From a virus: a DNA stretch of 64,000 nt. The DNA lies in IMG/VR virus record IMGVR_UViG_3300045988_127105, positions 1 through 64,000 of that record; one strand, 5' to 3'. A program made the position numbers and the translations under genes. Below are positions 28,601 to 40,600 of the stretch, piece by piece. A model generated the notes under the pieces. The model was not told the origin of the DNA. It did not search any database and saw only the letters and a program-made list of their open reading frames with translations. Each line of letters begins with the position of its first letter. Positions within the stretch are counted from its first letter, which is position 1.

Positions 28601-31600
28601 TCCTTATCCAGTCTCTCACGAACAGCACACGGTTTCTCTCCAATCCATGTTTTCTAATCATATACAGGTTGAAGTTCCTTATTCTGTCCTCCACCTTCTT
28701 GCCATCGAAGCTATCCAAAACGCTCGACATAGCCTTGCTAAGCGGGTCCATATAGCGTATTTCGAAGAGCTTTGATTTGTCGCTCATCATGCCCTCCGTG
28801 ATATTCTGCATCAGATATGGGTTCATCGAACTATTCACATCTTCAATCTTCCTGATAGACGGATCAATAGCCTCCATCAGTTTCTTCAACGAGAGCATAT
28901 TATCCATGAAAGCCTCCGTAGCCATATAGCTATGACGGTCCAGGGCATGATGGTATCTATCCAAAGCGGTAGCAGCACTTGGAGCCGTGCGGTAGTGTAT
29001 CTCTCCGTCCGTTGCCTCCAGCCATTCCTCGCGACTCATACCCTCGAAGTCATGGCTCTTGCCGTCGTTGTCATACAGCTCGCCGCCCTCAATCTTCGTG
29101 TACTCCGTCTTCTCATGCTCTATCTTCCACCTCACAGCCTCAGCTCTCATCTTCCACAGCGGACTGTCTCCATGCTTCTGCACATTCTTCGCCAACCAAA
29201 GCATATACTTCACGGCCTTTACGTTAGGCGAAACTCTGTAGCCTATCTCATGCAGGGCATCTGTCACCTTATTCTTAATGTAGTTCCAGAATCCCGGCTC
29301 ACCCTTTCCGTCCTCTGCGCTCTTGGCGATAAACTCCTCAATAGCGTCATAGAATCCAAGGTGATTCATGTTCATCTTTTCCTTCACATAAGCTCTCAGC
29401 TCGGCATTGATAGGATTATCCAAGTCCATCCAAAGACCACGCATGTAGTCATTGAATTTATCTCCAAGCAATCCTCTCATGCCCTTGTGTCCTACGGTCT
29501 CGTGCCATACGGTTTTCTCCGCGGTATACGAGTCATGGATATTCGGCATATACAGATGCACCTCGCCCGTCTTCTCGTCATACCAGCCAGTCACCTGCTT
29601 GCCATTCTCTATGTCCTTGCGCACCTTCGGGTTCTCAATCTCCTCAACCGAGTTCACCATCTTCACCTTGCCTCCAGTTCTCTTCGCAACCTTCTCCACG
29701 GTCTTGATGATACGCTCGCTCACAGCATTCGAAGTCCCCGAAGTCTTCTCAGGTGTTACAACACCATCGCCTTCTTTTCTAAAGAAAGTCTCCCCATCTG
29801 TTAAATTTTTACTCTCATCAAGCAATTTTTTGCCCGAATCGTAGGATTTCTCAACTCCTTGCAGTAACTTTGCGGTTGAAATATAACCGTTGGTTGTACT
29901 GTTCAAAGGGAGACTGTCGGATTCGTTCGCTTTCTCGGAACCTTCCGACGTTATATTTTTAGAGTTGCTTGGTGTCATGTCCAAAGGGGAACTGTCGGGT
30001 AACACCGCTGTGCCAGGAGTGTCAGGCAGCTCTATTTTTGTTACCTCATAGCTATGAGGTTTATTTTCTTCCCCACCTCTGAACTCTTGCATAGTAGTCT
30101 TCACACGGTATATCTTACCGTCCATCTCTACTGCGCCATAAAGTCTATGTACAAGGATATTGTTTCCATATCCAAGCTCGGCTTTTCTTTTTCCGGTTTC
30201 GTCCTTTACGTTATAATCCGCGTGAATCTCAGCCTCGATGCTCTCATGAATAACATCTGTAAGCTTTGGAAGGACGGAAAGATGAATATCAAGATTCTCA
30301 CTTTTACGAACAGCACTTTCTGAAAGATATTTTTCAACAGCCCTTTTGCTGATAATATAAGGTGTACCATCGCGCATAGTAGGCATTTCTGTCTTTCCCA
30401 TTGTTACAAGGTTTTCTCTTGCCCATTCTCTGGCATTTTTCAAAGAAGTTTCAATATTGTTACCAAAGGGAGACTTCTCAACCTCTACCACCTTCACCTT
30501 CTCCTTATTCAGATTAGGCATAACGATTCCTTTCTCCTCCACAGCTCTGTCTCTCACAGCATCAAAGTGTTCCTTGCTGTCTGAGAAGGTATCACCAAGC
30601 TCCATGCGGTAATGCACCTTGCTTTCTTCCTTTACCTTTACGCCAAGCTCCGAAAGTCTGTCAAGTACATCCTTTAGCTTTTCTTCCTTTACCTCGGCAA
30701 GCATCGTGTTTCCTCTTGTCTCAAAGTTACCGCCATCTACCATTTTCAGCAGCTCCTTATCAAGGAAATACTTGCCTCCTTTCTTGTTGCTCTTCGGGAC
30801 ACGAATAGTATAGTTTCGTGCCATTTTCATATAGTCGAAGCCTTGCTCTATCTTCACGTCTCCGTCCGAAGAAGTCACCTCTGTTATACCACCCTTGTTC
30901 GATGGCAATTCAAATTTTTCAGCTACGCTATTTATAGGCTTCTCGTTGGCAAGACCATTCGGCTCAAAATTCCCAGGCATCAAAATGCCTGTCTTCACAT
31001 CGCCTGTGTCTGTTGTGTACTTCACCAACTGACCGCCCAAGCCTTGCTCCTTAGTGTCAATCAAAGCTTGCAGCAAGTTTCCGGTAATGATATATCCGTC
31101 CTTACGGCTCTCGTTACTTGTCAGCTTGTCCCAGTTGGAGGTATCCATACTCAGCACGCGCAGATGATTGTCACCCATCGCGGATGCCTGTCTTGTCAGT
31201 CTGTCAATTATGCCTATAACGTCTGCCTTGTCGCTTCCTAATCCTGCCTTTCCATTTATGGGGAATGTTATCTTTCTTCGTCCGTCCAAGGTAGCGAACG
31301 ATACGGTAGAGGCATTTGGCGAGAAGTTGTCGGTTATCTTTATGTCTATCAGTCTGCCATAGCTATTGCCGAATCCGCTCAACTCAGCAGGATTGTTCAT
31401 GTCTGTTGGCAGTACAAATGCGTCTTCCGTGTTGAAGGTTTCAAGAATACGGTAGAACATTTCAGCCTTAGCCTTCAAGTTCTTCACCACCTCTTCGCCC
31501 TTTTCATTCTCTACTTTGTAGATGTTATCTTGTTGGTAAATGGCCATTTGGGCAATCTGCTCGTCTGTCATGCCCGAGTTCTTCTGATTTCGCAACGCAT

Positions 31601-34600
31601 CCTTTAGATGCTTTTCACGGGCTTTGGCAGCTGCCTTCCTGGCACGCTCTTCTATCTTTGCCCCTTCTTCTTTTGCCTTGTTGATGAAGTAATCTTCTAT
31701 TGCCTTTTTCTTTTCTTTCTTGTACTCGTCCCAACTCTTGCCGCCCGTGAGTCCGTCCTGAGCTTTCTTTACTTCCTCAGCTTTCATAGGCTTTTTCAGC
31801 ACAGCCATATTCACCTTCTCTACATAAGTATTGTCGGCAAAAGCATTGTCACCTCCTGGCTCTGAGCCTTCCTTCCAAACGCCCTTGTTTATGGTCTTTG
31901 CTTTCAGTGGCAACTCGGTTATCTCCAAGTCGTTTTCGCCCATTTCGTTCAGACGTTGTATCTCGGCTGCATAAAGGTCGCCTATCTCTTGCAACATCTT
32001 CTCTTGCTCTTTCACTTTCAGCAAAGCCATACGGCCAAGCAACTTGCTCGCGTCGCCTCCTGCCTCACTACTCATGCCGTCAGAAGAAGAAACCAACTTT
32101 TGTGGGTCTACTGCCGACAAGTCTGCTCCATAAGACTTCTCCCATCCGAATGGGTCTGCCATACGTGCATACAAGTCAAGGTGCTCTGCCATGTATTCCT
32201 TCACTACCTTGTCGCCGTACTTATTGGTAATGTCGGCTACTTCCATTTCATTGAACTTGCTCTTCTGTGAAGAAGTGGTGTTTGCGTCCAATGATTTCAG
32301 CTTTGCCTTGAACATCATCAACAGTCGCTGCTCTGCCGGGATAAGCGACACAACGTATTCGTATGCGCCTCTTGCCACCTGTCCCGTTCTGTCTATACGT
32401 CCACGCATCTGCACCTCATCGTTCACGTCAAGCTGCTGCTGGGCAACAATCATCACTCGTTTTCTCTGGTCGGCATATTTGCTTGAAGCATGGAGTGATA
32501 TACCAGTTGCCGCACTCTTGTTCAAGATTAGCGCGTCTATCTGCCCGTCGTTAAACTCTCTCGCAAGTTTCTTCTTGTCTGTGTCCGCACGCTTCACCTT
32601 CGTTACCGTGCCGTTCTCGTTATACGCAAACTCTGTCTGCCTGCCAGTCAACTCGCCTACCTTATATCCTGCCTTCGTCAATTCGTTCTTGATAACGTCG
32701 ATAGGAGAGAGGGATAGTCCGGTACTTGTCTTTCTTATCTTTTCTTCAAGCGCATGGTATGCTTCAACGGCATCTGCGCCTAAGTCTGATAGGTTTATGT
32801 ATCCGCTTTCGCTTTCGTCTTTAGCGTTCTTGCTTGTATAGCGAAGCGTACCTTCAAGTCCTTTCTTTAGTGATGTGCCCAAGTCGGGAGCGTCCATTTC
32901 TTCGCCAAGCGCAAGGTTACCCGTCTGCGACTCGTTGGTATTGTTCAATGCTATCACAGGCTTCATGCCTTGCTTCAAGTAGTCAATAGCTCTTTCTGCT
33001 GCCGACTTTGCTTTAAGCGAGAGAAGCACTTGCTGCACAGTATTGAATGCCTTGCTTGCAAACGGTTGGTTCTTTATTCCCAAGGCTTCTGTGCCACGCT
33101 TTATGCCCATCGACGACTGCACCTCTGCAAGTTCTTCATTACGTCTGTCTACGTATGCGCTTACATAGGTTCTTTGGAAGTTGATGATGTCGTTGAACAG
33201 ACCGATGATGCTGTCATACTGCTCGCGCTGTTCGGCAACAACTTCGGGGTCGTCAATGGCTTTCCAGTCAATAGTCACGCCTGTCATGTCTCGCTCGCGA
33301 CGTATCATCTGTCCGCATTGTGTCAGCGCCTGACTCATGATTTCCTGTAGTGTGGCTCCTCCACGCTTCACGGCGTCTATCAAGTCGGATGCTTTTAGTC
33401 CTCCCTGGTTCATTGCTGTTCTTAGCGCATAGATTGGCATGTTGTCGGGACGCTTTGCGAATGTTGCAGAGAAGAATGTTACGTTCTTTGCCTTCTGAAT
33501 GATGTGCTGGAAGTAGTTGCCTTGACCGCTGTCACCTCCTGCGGTATGGCTCTCATCCAATATCAGATAGCCGTTCTTCATGAGCTTTTCTATAGCGTCA
33601 CGTCGGGCTTGTCCGCTGATTGCTGCTGCACCAAACTTTTTGCCTTTGGCTAATTTTCTTTCCTTACGATTGCCATTCTCGTCAAACTCATATACGCCGT
33701 TGCTTACTTGGCTGTATGTCGTCAGAACGTAATCATACTCCTTTGGTAGTTCTCCGTTCTTTTCTATATAGTCAAGCACTCTCTTTACTTCACTCTTTGA
33801 AGGCAAGGCAAATACTACGTTTCCGTCAGCGTCTGTAATGGCAGCTTCTTTTGCGCTTCCAAATACAAACGGTCTCAATTCTTTGCTACCTATGTCTACC
33901 AAGTCACGATATACGTCACTCAGCAATCCTGCTGTCTTTGTGAAGTATACTGGCACTTGTCCTTGTTTCTTGGCGTATCTGATAAGCGATGCTGCCTGTC
34001 TACCCTTGCCAATACCTGTCATATCACCGATGATAAAGGCATTGCCTTTCTTTGCCTGTTGCAAAGCGAGAGCTACTGAGTCTACTTGCTCTGCTGCAAG
34101 ATGTGCGTATAGGTCTGCTTTATCGTTGTAGCCCAGTTCGTCTACCAAGAATTGGTCTGCATCACCCAGTTTTTCGAGGTTCTTATTAACTGCGTCTTGT
34201 TGGTCGGCTGGCATAACGGCTTTAAGAGTGAAAGGGTTTTCACTTCTTGGCGTATAAGCAACCTTTTCGGCACTTAGTCCACGTACGGGTCTGTCCACCC
34301 GCTCCAGTTGTCCCCGTGGTCTCCCTCCGTTCCCGGCATCGGTAGTTTCATCAGCATTTGGCTGAGTGTTAGGTCGTCCATTTCCTCCTGGTTCATTTCC
34401 TCGCTGCTTGTTGGTTCCAGTGGTTGGTTCCTTGCTTGGAGTAGGCTCTGCCCCTGCTCCGTTTGCTCCAGTAGCTCCATCAGGAAGTCCTCCATTTTCT
34501 CCTGGCTTGGTTCCTCCTTCTGTCCCCAATACATTGTCGGAAACTGGTTCGGCAGTCTTGTCATGTACTCCTCCAGTACGAACTGAAGGCTTTTGTTCGC

Positions 34601-37600
34601 CTCCTCCGTTTCCTCCTGCTCGTACTCCCTCTTCATTAACGTCAGCAACGCTTGGTCTATTAGGTTTTGCGTTAGCGTCTTCTCCTCCTTCTCCGACGGG
34701 AGAATCCATCCTTCCACTTCGTAGTATATCATCGTTTATTCTTTTATAAAGTTCGTCATAACTCTTCACGGCTTCCGCTCTTGCCTTGTCCTTCACTGGC
34801 GGATAGGCATTCTCGTCAAAGCGTCGTCCGTTTATTAATATAATGCGTGTCGGGTATGTTGTGCCCTGCTTTGCGTACAGGCTTCCATCCACGTTTATCA
34901 CGTCCTCCACATTATAGTGGCTGTAGAGAAAACCAAGCAGAGCCTTATCCTTCGGATTCAGACTTCCGTTCTTGGCGTATTCCGTCTTGCCGCCGATGAT
35001 GATGGCTGCACGACCGTTGTCTTTCATGCTCTCCAAGGCATTGATAGCCATCTGTCCCTCCAAAGAAGAAATCTTGTAGCCGTCATATTCCTTAGTGGTA
35101 GCACTTCCAAATGGTGGGTTTGTCACAACCACGTCCACGTCCTTGTCCGCGAACGGCTGTGTTCCGTCTTGGCTTGTTATGTTCTTGAAGCCTTGTCTCT
35201 GCAAGTTTGCAAGTCGCTGTGCGTCGATGTCGTTCACATGTACAGCATCCTTTGGCAAGCCGATTGTCAGCATTCCGTTTCCGGCACTTGGCTCCAATGC
35301 GCTCTTTACTTCAATTCCTGCCTTCACGTACATGTCTGCAAGGAATGCGTAAGGCGCAGGTGTGGAATACTGCTGCTTCATCACTCTCTCTGAGTCACGC
35401 TGATTAAGGCTCGGCTGATTCTCGTAGAGTTTCTTTATACGTTTGAACTTCTCGGTATTATTGGTTGACTCCGAAGAAGCGATACCTCTCGCTCTATGTA
35501 CGATGGCTGTCTCTGCAAGTTCCTGCAAGTCCGTGTCCTTCACGTCTTTCAGTCCGCATTTTTCTGCCATCTTTCTCAGCTCCACAATGCCGTTAAACTT
35601 ATGACCGAAACCAAGCTGAATGTTAACTTTATCAACAAATCTTTTCTCGCGTAACTTTCTATCCTCTGCTTCCTTGGAGTCGCCCACAAGCTCCTCCTTG
35701 TGCTTAGGCGAACTCTTCTCGTAGTAGTCTGCCCATTCTTTCAAACTCATGCGCTGCTCGCCGTCGCGATAGCGAATGTTCATCATCTGCTCGTAGATGG
35801 CATCCACATCTTCCTTCTTGAACACCTGGGCTGCTGGAGCAAACTCCTTGCGCATTTCTTTCACCACGTCTTCAAGATTGTGCATACCTCTCTTTATTCT
35901 TAGGTAAGCGTTCTCTGCCATTGCGCTCACAAGCTTAGGCAACACTTCAAGCTGTCTTGCATTAAGCCCAATGAACGATGCCGACAAATCCTCTCTGCCT
36001 GCTTTCAGCAAGTCGTTCCAAAGGTCGTTAACCTTCTTGTTCGACGCTTCCACAGCTGCATCGTCTGCCTTTTGCTGAGGCTTCTTCACTTCGCCCATAG
36101 CTTCTGCTGCAGCCTCTTTCTCTTTAGCAAACTTCTCGGCAGCGTTCTTTAGTCCCTCAATAGGGCTTGCTGAGGCTTCCACCTTAGGAGTTTCGGTAGT
36201 TTCTGTTTTATTATCCGCTTGCTTAGTGGCGTTTTTCATCTTCGCATCCTTCACCTTTTCATAGATGCTCTCATAAACGGCACGATGCAAATCATCCGTC
36301 ACCTCGCCATTCAGATAATCCACCGCCATATCCTTAGCAATGTCGTCCACATCGCTACTCCTAATCTCGCCCTCAGTCAAAGGATGGTCTTTCTTGTAGT
36401 TCTCCGCAGCCTTACCAATCGGATCAAACGCTTTCTCTTCTTTCTTAGGAAGAATGGCAAGCGGTTCCTCACCCTTCGGCGCTGTAGCGTCTTTTATATC
36501 GCCCTTCGGTGTTACAACACCCTCAACCTTACTATCGGATTCTTCACTCTTCACTTTTCCCTTTTCACTTCCCCTCGGGTCCACTCCCTTAGCCCAGTCT
36601 GCCAGCACCTTGTCTGCCACTTCCTCAGCCGTAGTAAAGTGAATGCCAAGCACATCTGCAACGCCCTTCCAATACTTTGTCAGAGCCACCTTTACTTTTT
36701 CCAGGAATCCTTGTGCCTTCGCGCTCTCAGTCACGCTCTTGCCTTCCTCCGCAGCAAGCTTTCTCACCACGTCCTCAAGCTTCTTCGTTCCCTCGCGTCC
36801 CGAGTAGGTTGTTATCATTTCCTCATACAAGGCGTCGCCTTCCAGTTCGGGGTACAACTTCTGCACCTCTTCCTTCAGACCCTCCACCTTGTCGAAGAGC
36901 TTCTTCACATTCTCCCACTCCTTGGGGTTCACCTTACGCAGCATGTCACACCACAAGTGCGCATACTCATGCAATGGTGTCTCCGGCTTCATCTTCTTCG
37001 TGTCGAGATAAATCTTCTCTCCGTCAGTAAAGCCATACACCTCACCTTTCGCAGTACGGAACTCCTTCACGCTGTTGTCTATCTGCAAGCCTCTCTTCAA
37101 CGCCTCGTTTATCTGGTCCGACTTCTTCACGCCCTTTTCGGGTGCGCCAATCTTGAAGCCTGCCTTCTCAAACTCTATGCGCTGTCTTGGTGTCAGCACG
37201 TTCTCGGGTATCTCAACCTTAGCGTCGCCCACAAACTCCTTGGCTCTCTGTGCAACCTCAGCGTCCGACAACACTCTCACGGGCTTGCACCAACGAGAGA
37301 GAATAACCTTTCTTGCACGACCAGTCTGCTTGTACACCTCGCCACTTACAACACCACTCTTCCAGTCTACCTCACCTACAGCGTCCTTGGCTCTTTCTGC
37401 CTTGTACCCGCTGCTCAGTTCGCTCACCGGAACCTCGCATTCCACGACAACGATGTTCGGGCGAATCCAAGCCGACTTGAACTGGTCGTTCAACGGCGAG
37501 CGTGAAGTATGCCAATACGGATTGTATGCAGCAGGAATGTCCGTAGCCTTCTTGCCAGTCGCATCCTTGCCGCCCTTGTCGAGCTTGAACTTCCATTTCA

Positions 37601-40600
37601 GTTCGCCCGTCTTCTTGTCTACCTTCTGTTCTTTGGTCTTCGAGTCAATATCGGGAATAGCCAAGTCTGGGTTCTCGTCTGCACGTATCCACACGCCAAG
37701 CTCGTTAGCCTCCACACGCTTGCCGTTCACGGCTGCTGCCATTGGAGGATAGAGCTTACCGTCTATCACCTGCATCGCACGATACACCTTTACGGTCTCG
37801 CCATTCTCAAGCTCCTCAAGTGTAGCCTCGTCAGTCTCCTTGTGGTACTTCAAGTCCGAATCGGTCTCCTCGCTCTCACGGATCACCTCCTCAGCTTCCT
37901 TCTCGTCCGTCACCACCTCAATACCAGTCTTCTTGGTTATCTCCGTAGCGATCCGCTTGATAGCCTTGTCTACTTCTCGCTGACCTTTTCTTGCTTGAAC
38001 GTCTCTATCAGGGCTTCCTCCATTGTCATTCCCGGGTTTGCCTTCCTTATCTCCCTCCAATGGGCCACCGTTTTCTTCGGTAGATACATCATCGATATTC
38101 TTCCGCTCGAGTGTCTTATCTCCACTCTTTGCAAGTCCTTCTTTTCTTCTTCTGTCATTTTCTCGTTCTTTTAATGATTTTTCTGATATGTTTAATAGAG
38201 TAGGATTATCTGTAATTTCAGACATTGCATCCTTGCCGTGTTCTTGTGCGTATGTTACAAGATGTGCTAAAGCTTCGTCGGCAAGCATATAAAGCGCATC
38301 TGTATCATCCATTTCCGAAGCTCGTTCTGTATACTCTTTCATATTTGACAGAACTTCAACAACTCGTTCAAGTTCCTCTCGTGTAAGAGTATTCATATCT
38401 GTTATCGAATATACAAGAGCCTCGACCCTTGAAGGGTCTACTTCATTGTCCGCATGAACCGACTCATGCTCAAATGTCTCACGCAATTCTTCAGAGCCAG
38501 TACTGCCTTCAAGGTATATATGAATCTTACCATCTTCGTAATATCCTGGATAATGAGCACCCTCTGGCATATTTTCGATAATGGTCTTATCATTTTCTGT
38601 TTTCGCCGCATCCGCCAAGTCCTGCTTCGTCCTCAACACAACAGGCTCGTCATACCCATTACTCTTGGCAAACTCTTTCACATACTCTCCCATTTGGTCG
38701 AGTATACGCTCACGTTCTTCACCCTTGGCTTCCTTAAGCTGCTCTACGGCTTTGTTGTAGTCTGCTTCGCTTGTGATGACGTTTCCTCCTGGTGCTTGCG
38801 GTTCAGTTCCCTCAGAGCTGCCAGCATCGCCATTTCCTTCTTTGCTTGAATGTCTTGTTTCATAGTTCTTCCAGTTTCTAAGTTTCAAAAATTCCTTTAT
38901 AAACTCTTCATTCGTAGGTCTCTCGCCGAACATTTCCGTCTGGTTGGCGTCAGCATAAGGAGCGGCATTTCTGTTATACGCCATCATCAGCTCACGGAAG
39001 TCCTCAACCTTACCCTCCAGAGCAAGAGCAATAGCCTGAGATATAGGGTCAAATCTGTCCGCAGCGTTCTCGCCAAACATAGCAGGAGTGCGCAAGTATG
39101 CATCCACACCGCTTCCGCCTTGACGAGCTTCGTACAGCAACTGCACTGCCTGGTCTATCTCCTTCATCAGAGCATAGTCGCCAAGTTTCATATTGTCCGT
39201 CACGGCACGGATGCCGTTCAGAGCCTTGGTTTTCAGCATAGCGTCAGCGCCCATCATGCGGATAGTGTTCTCCGAGAACACACTGCCCAATAGCAGGTTC
39301 TTCACGAAGTCCTTGCCTGCTGCCGAAAGCTTGTCCTCGCCCTCACGCAATCCCGCTATCTCGTTCAGACCAATCACGCCCTTATCAATTAAACGCTTTA
39401 GCAACGAGTTTATTGCAGTAGGATTGTTAAAGAATGCGTCAAGACTGCCACTGCCCTCTATCTCGGCTATAATGGCACCTACCTCGTCAGTACTTAACAC
39501 CTTGGCATTCTTTACCGACTGCTCTGTATTGCCAATACTCTTGGTCTCTTGCCTGTTGAAAAGGTCAAATGTCTTACTTGTAAGCGGCATCTTTTTGTCG
39601 GGTACAAAATATACTGTACCCTTAAAGCCTGCCTCTTCTATTTGCTTTGGAGTCCAGCCGAAGCCTTCTGCGTTTTCACTTAGGCTCTCATAATACTTGC
39701 CGTCAGTACCATAGCGTTCCGCAAGTTGTTTACCCATTGTCGTGCCATTTCCGCTTAACAGAATACCATCCTGCACAACTGGCACATTCTTTAGTGCTTG
39801 TCCGCCAAAGTCTCTGCCAATTTTCTCTGTAAACAGACGCGACTCCTTGTCTTTGTAAGAACGTGAGTTTGAGGAAGACCCGTCTTCATTAACTGGGAAC
39901 CCCTCGTTCTGCTTAAAGTCATTAAACGGATCGTGCGAAGGTGTAAGTCCTGAAACCTCGCCATAAAAGTATTGACCTGTTATCTTAGTTCCGTCAGGAA
40001 GAGTGATAGAACCACGTCGTCCGGGAATCTTCTTTGATTTCTCGAACTTCTCTCGCACAGCAACACTCACTTCACCTACCGAACCTACACTACCTTCTTC
40101 ACCTACACTACCTACCTTCTCCATTCCAGCCTTAACCTTATTCGCGGTCATTACCTTCTTGATATTGGTATATAGCTCCAGCTCTGCTTTGGCGGCATCA
40201 ACCGCCTTCGTCTTCTGAGCCTCAGCTTCCTTGGCGTCGTTCAAATCTCCCGTGTAGTCCACCTTTATTTTTTCGGCTTCCTTCAGCATCTTCTCGGCTC
40301 TCTTTATCTGTCCGTCTACAGCAGTTTCTGCGTTCTCGCCAAACTGCGAAGACATCCACTCCGCTCCCTGTTCAGGTGTCATTTGCGAATAGTCAGCAGT
40401 CTCACGGCCTTTCGTGTCCTTCATCATCGGCACAGGTGACCCATCGGCAAATGTTAAAGTTTCGTTACTTCCATTGCCATTATCGGATGGATTCTTTTTT
40501 TCTCCTTCCCCTATAGGCTTTACATCTTCAACTCCAGGCGCCGACGCGCCCTCCTTCGGTGTTACAACACTCTCAGTCTTAGTATCGGATTTTTCACTTT

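Noticed and set aside
34274-34749. A 152-aa same-strand alternative-frame ORF (34274-34732), plus two plus-strand ORFs, over the MTase-helicase linker. This could be an overprinted gene.
   Set aside because: The DNA here is repetitive, purine-rich and low in complexity, so several frames stay open by composition alone. There is no independent start context or motif. It might merit a conservation check but is not supported.
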